From positions 4,340,001-4,404,000 of the forward strand of contig JBHGNT010000003.1 of assembly GCA_043228905.1 (NCBI GenBank): a stretch of DNA of 64,000 nt, in the 5' to 3' direction. Origin of the DNA: Azolla caroliniana (taxonomy: Eukaryota > Plantae > Polypodiophyta). The notes under the pieces are model-generated. The model saw nothing but the letters and a program-made list of their open reading frames with translations, was not told the DNA's origin and searched no databases. Positions 53,747 through 64,000 of the stretch are shown here, piece by piece. Within the stretch, counting starts at the first letter, position 1. Every line of letters starts with the position of its first letter. The position numbers and the translations under genes are program-made.

Positions 53747-54979
53747 TATGGAGTGGGCTTTATGCATGCTATTTTGCTTGCAAAAAACGCACATTTCCAA
53801 GATGTTTGCCATGGGTGAAATGATGTTAGATGTAAATGGCACGTACTTCACAAATTTACCAATGGTACAATAGTATCTTTCGTATTGTGTTACACATATA
53901 TATATGCATGTAAATTTGTAATATAATATGACAATCATGAATGGAGTTTATTATTATGTAATATTATTTAAGCAATCAATCAGGAATATAGGTGATGAAA
54001 TTATGCATAATTGTGATCAATGGGGAAATAATGTGGTCAATGGGCTAGATGATCAATCCTTCATCTCATTCTGTTACACACACACACACACACACATGTG
54101 TGTGTGTGTATATATATATATATATTTATATATAAAGAAAGAAAGAAAAAATAAAAATAAAAATAAATAAAAACAAATAGAAACAAATAAATATGGGGGA
54201 TGATTATGAACCGTGTTTATTATTATCTTACAATTGTTAGCAAGATTAATGTGCATTCGTAATATTTTTATTGCTCTTATAGTGCATTCAATGTATGCAT
54301 CTTCAGTGTAAAATGCGTTAAAACTTTTGGAAATTTAACATTCAAATACTGATCTTTTGTCAAGTAAATCAACTAGGAGACAAAACTTGATTTGAGGTTG
54401 ATTTATACTAATTTTACATTACTGGTAAAATGTGACATTTATGCAATATACGAGAACACTAATCCATAAATATTCTTTTACACTAAGAAGAAAACAAAAG
54501 TTATCATCCCTCTAGGAAGGTCTTGAATAATGTGATACAACGTTGCTTAGTGTAGTCGAAATATATATGATAACAATTGACCATCTTCACATAATTGCCA
54601 TTTACTTGCTTTTGTATTTTATTCTACAAGTTTCCATGAATTGGAATGACCAAAAATTGACAAACACTTTGAACTTCTCTTTGGTGGTAAATCTAATTAC
54701 AAGACAATATTTTGCAATAGTAATATTTTACCAAAACTTATCTTAATATTAAACAAATCCAATGTCAACATCTATCAACATATGGATGAGTTTATAAATG
54801 GATTACAGATTTTACATGCCCATTGTCCCTTCTAATGCTTCTTAGAACATTTAAAGGCAAGGACCAGATAATGTCAAACGCATATATTCTTAGTAAAGAA
54901 TATTTTTCCGACAATGATAATAATTTCTTTAAAGGACTAGTTCACAATCACCACCTTTTAATTCAATTGTAAAAAAGAA

Positions 54980-55427
54980 ACCATGGATGTTGAATTCAGA
55001 GCAAAATGGAGATTTGCAATAAAGACGAAGGTGGAGTCAATTTAAAAGGATCACACTTAGGAACTAGTGCACTCCTACTTGAAGGGAAAGAGGCTTTGCC
55101 CAATAAATGGATTTAGAGGCTAAAATGCACATTTGATAGCCCGAGTGAGAAATGCAATATGCAAACAATCTCCAAAAGATTAAAGTATTAGCGAATGAGG
55201 ACATGTAATTGGAAGAAATGAATATGAAAAACACATTCCTCCATGTGGATCTTGAGGAGGTGATGTATATGCAACTACATGAAAGATTCATAAAACCAAC
55301 TAAGGGGAATTGGTTCATCAAATAAAGGAGATACTATATGACCTAAAGTAGGCACTCCAATAATGGTACCAAAAGTTTGACTAATTTTATGAAGTCAAAA
55401 TGATTATGTTAAAATAATGAGGATTCT
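54980..55427 (+). mobile_element. Ty1/Copia reverse transcriptase relic
   Basis: AKWRFAIK, GRGFAQ, EEMNMKNTFLHVDLEEVMYMQ, LYDLK*ALQ*WYQKFD and EDSC are decayed RVT_2 motifs. Confidence 0.75.
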
Positions 55428-55480
55428 TGTCACGGACATGACAACGGTCATTTCAAGATTCGAGTTTCATGTCCATGATA
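55428..55480. repeat. 53-bp palindrome with LTR-type start at the Copia/gypsy junction
   Basis: TGTCACGGACATGA ... TCATGTCCATGATA (12/14 inverted match). The first 16 nt match the 53600 element terminus at 13/16. Confidence 0.55.
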
Positions 55481-58115
55481 GACGAAAGGAATCAATGTTT
55501 TTATTTGCAATATCAATGAAGCCTTTCAATATCACTGAGGAGAAGTCAACAATTCAACTTCCAAAGAAGTATCAAGATATGCCGATGTTTTTGATAAGGT
55601 AAAAACTAATACTCTTCCACAACATCGACCGCATGATTGTCCGATTGATTTACAACTAGGAAAAGAGCCACCATGTGGTCTGATTTACAATTTGCCACCA
55701 ATTGAGCTTGAGGTTCTTCACGCTTACATAGAGGAAAACTTGGCAAATAGATACATTCGACATTCGAAATCACCAGTTGGCGCACCACCTATTTTCTTTG
55801 TAAAGAAAAAAGGTGGATCACTTCGTCTAGACGTGGATTACTAGGGGTTGAATAAGGTTACCATTAGGAATAGGTATGCACTTCCCTTGATCTCTAGTCT
55901 TTTAGAAAGGATTAATGGTGCAAAATACTTTATAAAGATAAACTTATGAGGTGCATATAACCTTGTACGAATCCGATCGGGAGACGAATGGAAGATAACT
56001 TTTTGCACTCGATATGGTCATTTTAAGTATGCAATTATGCCATTCGGGCTCAAAAATGCACCAATAGTTTTTTAGCACATGGCAAATGACATTTTTTGAG
56101 ATCTTTTGGACATATGTCCAATCATCTATCTAGGTGATCTACTAATTTTTTCGAAAATGCAGGAGGAGCATGATTCTCATGTACATCTAGCACTAAAATG
56201 ACTACGAGAACATGACCTTTATGCAAAACTCGAAAATTGTAGTTTTGATTACAAACAAGTGGAAATCCTCGGCTATGCCTTCTCCTCTAAAGGAATCTCT
56301 ATGGATCCAGCTAAGGTCCAAACGATGTTAGAGTGGCAGACTCCACAACCTTTGCGAGATGTGCAATGTGTTCTAGGATTTGCAAATTTCTATCACAAGT
56401 TTATACAAGATTACTCAAAGCTTATTTTGCCTCTCACACAACTCACAAAGAAGGGTTAATCATTTTTTTGGACTATTGATGTAGATACTACTTTTTTGGA
56501 TCTTAGGAAAGCATTTACATTGGCCCATATTCTAGCTCATGTTGATCCGCAAAAACCATTTATTATTGAAGTTGATGCGTTGGATTTTGCACTTGGTAGT
56601 ATTTTGTGACATCAAGGTGATTATGAGAAGCTACATCCAATAGCTTTCCATTTGCACAAATTTGACACTGTCGAGATCAACTATGAGGTACAAATGACAT
56701 GGAACTATTAGCTATAGTTGATTCCTTTGCACAATGGCGACATTCCCTAGAAGGGTCTCCTCATCAAATCATTGTATTTAGTTAGTGATCACAATAACCT
56801 CACCTATTTCCAGAATGCTCGTGCGCTCAACAAACGACAAGCTTGATGGGCCCAATTTCTTACTCATCTCAATTTCAAGATTACATTTCGTCTGGGCAAG
56901 CAACAAGGCAAGGTAGATGCATTATCATGACGTTCGTATCTAACACCTTGTCCTGGTGATCTGGCCTTTGATAACCAAAAACAGGTAATCTTGGGTCCTG
57001 CATGACTTCAAGCAACTAAGGTCTTTGATACTCCATTGGATTCCAACATTATTGATACTATCCATCAAGATCTCAAGACATATGTCTTTGTTCAAAACAA
57101 CTTAGATCATATAGATCCCACTGGTGCATTCAGGTACGGATTATAATAAGTTCAAATGGCATGATGGGTTACTCTTCTTTAAAAATATTTTGTATGTTCC
57201 CAAAGGCTCATCTCGCCGTCGAGTCATACAAAATTACCATGATACATATATGGCTGGGCATTTTAGTAGTAATAAAACCTTGGATTTGGTAACACAATCA
57301 TTTTGGTGGCCTCATCTGCGTAAATTTGTCGAAGACTATATTCGTACATGTGATACATACTGTAGAGCAAAGATGCACCAACATCATCCGTATGGTTTAT
57401 TGCAACCGTTACCAATTCCAATCAAGCCATGACATTCTATTTCTTTGGATTTTATTACAGATCTATCTTCCTCTAAGGGGTTCAATACCATCGTAACAAT
57501 AGTTGACCGATATATTAAGATGACCCATTTTGAGGCCTGCACTAAAGATATCACAAGTGAAGACACCACAAATCGCGTTATGCGTGAAGTTTTTTGTCAC
57601 TGTGGTCTTCCCAACAACATCATCAGTGATCGTGGACCTCAATTTATATCTAAAATTTGGAAGCATCTCTTTACAATGCTCAAGGTCTCCTACAACCTCT
57701 CCTCCTACGACCATCCCCAAACTTATGGATAAACAGAACGTACAAATTTGACTTTGGAGTAGTATCTTCGATGTTTCATAAGTTATCAACAAGATGATTG
57801 GACGGATATATTACATTTTGCCGAATTTGCATATAATAATTCTATCAACTCCTCTACTAGGGTTACACCATTCTATGCGTATACAGGTTATCATCCTCGG
57901 TGGTGTTTATACAAACCTCCCGAATTACCAACAAATCCTAGTGCACAAGATCATTTGGATTGACTATGCTGCATTCAGGCGGAACTTTCTAATAATCTAC
58001 ATCAAGCCCAATAGACACAAAAAGACAATGCAACTCGTCATCAACTTTCATCCTATTTTGATGTTGGAGATCGAGTATGGCTAGTACGACGACATATAAA
58101 GACAACATGATCGTG
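55481..58115 (+). mobile_element. Ty3/gypsy element A (Tf2/Tcn1-like chromovirus type), decayed pol: RT, RNase H, integrase; interrupted at its 3' end
   Basis: [47 protein letters not shown] (YLDD), GISMDPAKV, LGFANFY, EVDA, HDTYMAGHF...FWWP..CDTYC, GLLQPLPIP, IISDRGPQF. Many C-to-T type stops. Confidence 0.9.
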
Positions 58116-59971
58116 TGTTACCCGGACAAGTATAGATACGTCGGAGTCGGAGTCGGATCGACTGTTCGGATCGATCACTCAATAGATAGCCGAATAGGAC
58201 ATAGTTAGTTACGAAGTTTTGTAATTCTTGTAATTATAGGAAATAGGATTTCTTGATGAGATAAGACCTTTGGGTTACCTATAAAAGGAAACCAAAGGCA
58301 TTGTAAAGATCTATCGTTGTAATTAGTAATATAAAGTTTGGTTAGGAAATCTCTGTGTACGGATTACTTTTTGCCATCTATTTCCTTCTGTCTAAACTAT
58401 ATTACATAAGTCACGATCTCGGTGTTTGTTATCACCGATAAGTTTACAGATAATTAGTATCTATTCGTCTAACCACAACTTCTTGATAAAATGTTTGGTA
58501 CGAACGTTCGTCTTATATTGTGTCGGCAAAGTAGTAATTGTCGACCAAACAACACAGTATAATTTTGGCATGCCCGGTTACATCTGCATATAGCAGAGAA
58601 CAAGAAGAATGGATGTCGTCTGGTCCGAATACACCAGTCGGTTGTAAACGTCCTCGTACGCATTCTGTTACGAAGACGCTAGAGACAAAATTGGCTGAGG
58701 GATTACAGCCGGAAACAAGTAGAAGGTGGTCGGTACTTCCTGATTTAACTGATAGCCAGTTTTCTGACGAAAATCAGCCGGAAGAGGTATCATTTTACGA
58801 TATCTGGAGTGAGGACAATATGCCTTATCTGTACTCGAAGTTCCATGAGGGAGCTGATGCAGAAGCGCATGTGAGGGATTTTCTGACAACATGGGAGATT
58901 AACCATGGAGCTCAGAGACTGTCAGCGGTAGCCGAAGATAAGTCTAAGATTGTTGAGTTTATTTTGTCATTGGAGGGTTATTCCGCTAATTGCTTTGAGC
59001 AAAATGGTCTCCGTGGGTTCGAAACATTCGAACAATTGAACAACAAATTTCTGTTGTTATTTCATCATCAAATACCTCAAAAAGATTTGATAGCGCAATT
59101 TTATGCGTTGTATCAGGAGCAACAGGAAACAATGTCTCAATTCGTGATTCATTTTCAGAATTTGCAACTGCAAATTTCTAGGCCTATTCCAGACGATGAA
59201 TTGAAGGATGTATTCCTTGAAGCAATTCGTGAACCATTACGAACAACATTGAAGGTGTTTGATTTCCGGAATCAGAATATCGAGCAAGTGATTGATAAGG
59301 CAATCGCTATGGGCTGACAACCGATAAATGTACGGAGTATGGATATGTCAGCACTAAATCGTACACTGCCAATGATGGAGGAGTTACAATTTCGACAAGC
59401 AGTTCAGTGTACTACTTGTTTAAATACCGATCATGCGACGATCGAATGTAGTCTGCGAACACATTGCACAATATGTCATTCTAAACTTCATTCGGTCGAG
59501 CAATGTGAGTATAACTTGCTTAATAAGACAAAATTTTCTGGAAAACGGGTATCACAATAATCAGAATTTGTTCAATAATGGATACCAACAAAATAGTTTT
59601 CCACAAGGTCAACAAAATAATTTTCAAAAAAATCGAACCTTTCAGCAAAATAAATCCCAGCAGAATCCAGCTTTTCAACAAAATAATCAGTCTTTCCAAC
59701 AAAGTAATTTTCAACACAATGAAGATTTTCAACAAAATCAAGAATTCTTAGTACCACCGAATATGCATCAGCAACAACAAAATGGAGGACAGTTTAAGCA
59801 GAACCAGTATAAAAAAAATAAATTCTACAAGCCGAAAGCCTCACAACAGTTTCAACAATCACCGACTGATGGTCAACAGTTTATGCAAAATGATGGGACT
59901 AGTCATGTTAACTCTTAGGGCCGGACAATGGCCTAACACAGGGTGTCTACGGAAGACACTTCACCAAAGGG
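58116..59971 (+). mobile_element. LTR retrotransposon B nested in element A: 5' LTR (from 58116, end approx. 58480) plus gag
   Basis: Abrupt TGTTACCCGG start inside A's integrase, TATAAAA at ~58279. Gag 58613-59918 has one in-frame stop and one frameshift, a retrotrans_gag-like region (QEQQETMSQFVIHF), two CCHC knuckles (CTTCLNTDHATIEC, CTICHSKLHSVEQC) and a Q/N-rich tail. Confidence 0.8.
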
Positions 59972-60280
59972 TGTTACGGCAACCAGATTAGACTCAACGC
60001 TTAATCCGACTTTATTAAGTTACTTAGCATGATCGTCTTTCATAATCACACGCGTAAGATATAACAATTAAGACAGAACGGTAATTAACACAGAGAGATA
60101 ACAACGCTAAGCTTCTATTAATTAACCACTATCCATTACATTGTATCCGGGCCTTTAAATAGGTTTCCGGTCTGTATTACAAAACGGTGCCATCCGCACC
60201 TGTTCGGGATCGGTCCGGATCCGGAACGGCATACCGATTCCGGTCTGTCCGTCCACACTCATAGCTTAATTACAACCACA
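59972..60280 (-). mobile_element. 3' LTR of Ty3/gypsy element C (nested in B, opposite strand)
   Basis: On the - strand a purine tract AAGTAGTAGGAA precedes TGTGG...CCGTAACA, with TATTTAAA and AATAAA inside. The inner boundary is uncertain (60257 is an alternative). Confidence 0.6.
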
Positions 60281-61503
60281 TTCCTACTACTTAAATAACT
60301 CTCCGTTTCCCACTCTGGACTCCTTTGCCGGCTGGTAACACATGGCACGCCCGTGGGACAATACCTTATACGTCGAATCCACAACCGACCCTTGCTATTC
60401 TTCGTCCAAAATATCCAGAATGCTTTGTTCGAGAGGCTCCAATGGTTCATCTGGAAGTGGTTGTTGTTGTTGTTGCTGCTCTGTTGATGTCTGCTGCGGC
60501 GGGTCCGTTGGTGGCTGCTGCGGCTGCTCCTCCGTTTGTTGCTCTGACACCGGCATCTCCGTCGTTGCTCCCTTCGTCGTAGTGGTCTCCGGTTGACTGG
60601 TTCCCGGCTGGCCCTCAGCCGGCGACGGTTCCTCATCACTAAGGTTAACCGTTGCCGCTTCCCGTGCTTTTTCTTCCCGAACTCGGGACCACTCGTAGCT
60701 TTCAAACTGGATTTGAGCGTCCAGCCTATCATCGTCTAGCTGAGCTACGAGCTGCCTGACCTGCGCCGGTCGGCGGAGTGTAACCTTTACGGGCCGTGTC
60801 GGTGGTTCCTCCTGCGCCTCCGTTGGGCGCTTCCGGCTGCTGCCTGTTCTGCATCCGTCGCCTTTCCCTTACTGGCCTTAGAGGCCAACAACTGTTGTCG
60901 TTTGGAAGCCGTCTTTGGGGTGCCGTCCGCCACTCTTCCTCGCTTCTTGGGCTAGACGGGCTGGACAGGTGGCACCAGCAAGGTGAGCCACTGCGTTACG
61001 GCGTGCCATATCCTCCGTCCGTCTCGGCCTTCCTTGCCGTCTTTGCCTCTAACGATCTCGATCGCCGCACACAACCCGTCTGCGATCAACACCGGCCAAT
61101 CCACCTTGACCCCTTCATAGGTGGCGATGATCATCCCTGCCCGGTTCTGCGGCATGACAGGGGGTCTAGGGTACACGTGGCCGTATTCGTGGAGCACACG
61201 AGCAATCTCGCGGAACAACATATCTCCGCCGCCATGTGTCCGGTAGCCCTTGCTGGCTAGAGAGTACTCACCAAAATACCTGATGAGTTGCTCCGGGGTT
61301 GGATTGTCGATCGTGAGTATGCCTCCCTCCCGAAGGCTTGTTAACGCTCGAATCGCCTCTACCGTTATGACCTATGTGTCGATTCCTTTGATCACTTTGT
61401 CGGCTTCTTTGTGTGGCGGTACTTCCATCATCATCAAGAAGCCCTCGAGCCCGTGTTACTTTAGCCATGTCTTGGCGGCTTCCGACAGCGTTTGCGGGTC
61501 CAT
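60259..61503 (-). pseudogene. Extra ORF between integrase and 3' LTR of element C
   Basis: MDPQTLSEAAKTWLK*HGLEGFL...ITVEAIRALTSLREGG...GVKVDWPVLIADGL...WHAVTQWLTLL then a basic tract. A single frame runs from 61503 past 60952, broken only by TAA/TAG stops explicable as C-to-T changes. Confidence 0.6.
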
Positions 61504-61851
61504 TTCTGTGTCGAGGTCGGATTGTGGTGGCGAGGTCGGATGGTGATGAGAGTGAGGTTGAGAGAGAGAGAGTTCAAAAGGTGGGGGTTCTCTGTGCGCA
61601 GGTTCTCGTCTGATGATCTTGCAGGGTCTTGGTGCTTATGTGCTCCTGGGTTCGTGAAAGTAAAGGGTCTCTACGCGCAGTGGTTTTTGTCTGTGCATTC
61701 TGGTGCCTTTTTCGAGTGTGTGCATGTCGTGTACTAAAATAGCATTATGTCCTGTGGTGGCGCTTTAAATGCCCACTACGTATCTTTTCGCTCCTCGCTT
61801 TTGCATGATTGTTTTTTTTTTTTTAAAATAATAATTTAATTTAGTGTGACA

Positions 61852-64000
61852 TTACTTGTCCGTTGGTCCTCTCGGACCATTACCGGCCTCATTTTCCCCA
61901 GTTACCGGCTCGCCTTCTCTGCCGTCTTGGTGGTTGCCGTTTCCCTCACTGGTGGCGGTCCTTTGCTCAAATGGGTTCTTAGGCATCGGTCCTCTATATG
62001 GCTTCAACCGGAATCCGTTGACCCATTTGCCTAGCACTTCGTCGGCAAATGTCCCTAACTGGTAGGACCCATTATACTCCCGTGTTAGCCAATACGGTTC
62101 GGTCCATCTAACCCGTAGTTTACCCGGCATCTTGCCCATCCGGGTCTGAAATACTAACACCGGTTTGCCGATTGCGAACATTTTTTCGTTTCCTTTCTGT
62201 GCCGATCGACAAATGCCCTCCGTCGCCGTTGCTCCAATTCTAAATGCAGGAAGCTGGCCAGTCGTTGTTCCTCGAGTTCACACAGCGCTGTCAACCGTAT
62301 TGCCTCCGACTCCTTCTCGTTCAGCCGTTCCCGTAGCTGGATCCGTAAGCTGGGTACTTGGAATTCCACCGGCATTACCGCCTCTAGTCCGAACGCTAAC
62401 CGGAACGGTGTTGTTCGGATGCTCGTTTTGTATGCCGTCCGGTATGCCCAAAGCGCGCTATGTAGCTTTGTGTCCCAATCCGTTCGGTTTTCGTTGACGA
62501 TCTTCCGGAGGATATTCTGGAGCGTCTTGTTCGTTGATTCTGCTAAACCATTCGCTTGTGGATAGTAAGGTGTGCTCCGTTTGTGGACAACGGCATAGAA
62601 TGTCGTCAGGCTTTCCACTACTTGGCAAGGAAAGTGCCCCCCTTGGTCGCTTATTAATTCAATTGGGCATCCGTAACGGCACCGGATGTACTCATATAGA
62701 AACTTCGCCGTTGACGCAACGATGTTGTCCCTTAATGCTTTGGCCTCCACCCATTTCGTGCAGTAATCTGTCGCGACGATGACGTATCGATTACCCGTTC
62801 TCATTGCCGGTGGCTTGAACGGTCCCACAAAGTCCAGCCCCCACTTCTGGAATGGCTCGAGTGGTAGTACCGGTTGGTGTGGCATACGAGCATGCTCCGT
62901 TGGCTGGCCCATTCTCTGGCATAGGTCACATTCTTTTGCGTATCGTACCGCATCTCTTAATGTCGTTGGCCACCATAGGCCACTTTGCCATATTTTCCTG
63001 GCCGTCGCATCTCCGGCATAGTGACCTCCGACAACTCCGCAGTGGGCTTCCCTCAGTATCAGTTCCTTTTCATCGCTGCGCACCGCCCGTCTCCATATGC
63101 CGTCCGCACCCTTGTGGTAAAGTGTGTCTTGCAGTAAGCAGAAATGTCGGCTTTGCACCGCCGGCGTTTCCGTTCGTCCCGGTTCATCTCTTCCGGAGGC
63201 AGTCCTGTGCTCAGAAACTGGTGCATATTTGTGAGCCATTTGTCTTCCTGTGCCACCGTCTCATCTGCTACCGTCTCCGTAGTGACTCGAAACAGCTCCG
63301 CATCCGGAAACTCATCTGCTACTCAGTCACCCATCTCTCCAGACTCTAATCGGCTTAAGTAATCCGCCACGACATGCTGTATACCGGGTCGGTGGAATAT
63401 TTCAAACTCGAACTCCTGTAACAGTAAGGTCCACCAGGCCAATTTGCCGGTGAGTGACGCTTTGGACACCAGGTAAAGGAGTGCCGAATGATCTACATGG
63501 AAGGAAAACTTTCTACCCAATAAATAATGCCGAAACTTTGTCACACTGTAGAACATCCCTAGAGCTTCTCGTTCCGTGGTAGAGTAGTTCCGTTCTGCTT
63601 GGGATAGCTTCCGGCTGGCATAGTACACCGGCCGGTACCATTTTGGTTCCGTAAGTTGCATAAGTACGCTTCCGATTGCGATGTCGAAGGCGTCCACGAA
63701 CACGTGAAATTCTTTACTCCAATCCGGAGGTTGCACTACCGGTGCCTGTGACAATAGTACCTTGAGGGCCCTATACGCCCTATCCTCGGTGTCGGTTCAC
63801 TCGAATGGTGTCCGATGTACGGCGGCATGCAATGGTGTAGCTAGGTCGGCCAAGTATCGGAGCATCCGGCTGTGCCACCGGATCTGGCCTAAGAACCGGC
63901 TTAATGCCTTTGCCGTTGCCGGCGCCGGTGCTTCTAATATGGCTTTCACTTTGTCCGGGTCGACTGCAATACCTTCTTGGCTCACAATATATCCTAATAG
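61852..64000 (-). mobile_element. Ty3/gypsy element C pol (RT end, RNase H, integrase), non-chromoviral type; continues beyond the window
   Basis: GIAVDPDKV, FHVFVDA, YYASRKLSQAERNYSTTEREAL, HCGVVGGHY...WWPT..CDLCQR, PFQKWGLDFVGP, LISDQG, TPYYPQANGLAE, W.EPY, WVNGFRLKPY. Few frameshifts. Confidence 0.92.

Overview
Eukaryotic land-plant nuclear DNA with spliceosomal introns, telo-boxes and plant gene families. A plastid ndhD fragment with unedited C-to-U sites suggests a heavily editing lineage such as a fern (inference). Positions 1-46 kb are gene-rich, with seven intron-containing genes: the 3' part of a class XI myosin, a VLCFA 3-ketoacyl-CoA reductase (KCR), a Cys-type selenoprotein K homolog, a DEM/CYPRO4/VID27-family gene, a membrane steroid-binding (cytochrome b5-like) protein, a remorin-like coiled-coil gene (- strand) and a PHP-family phosphoesterase (- strand). 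They are interspersed with minisatellites, many two-copy tandem duplications, MITEs, LINE relics and a plastid insertion. Positions 55-64 kb are a nest of LTR retrotransposons (Copia relic, then three Ty3/gypsy elements, the last with an extra ORF). The most unusual signal is a set of palindromic elements with LTR-type ends. The clearest is a 147-bp near-perfect hairpin (TG...CA, exact 5-bp target duplication) at 53600-53746. A related 53-bp palindrome abuts a gypsy pol at 55428, and a 1.27-kb TGTTA...TAACA foldback lies at 25338-26604. Other leads are ER-stress elements (ERSE-II plus UPRE) in the DEM/VID27 promoter and a possible mutually exclusive exon in SelK. All calls were made by eye; no searches were run.
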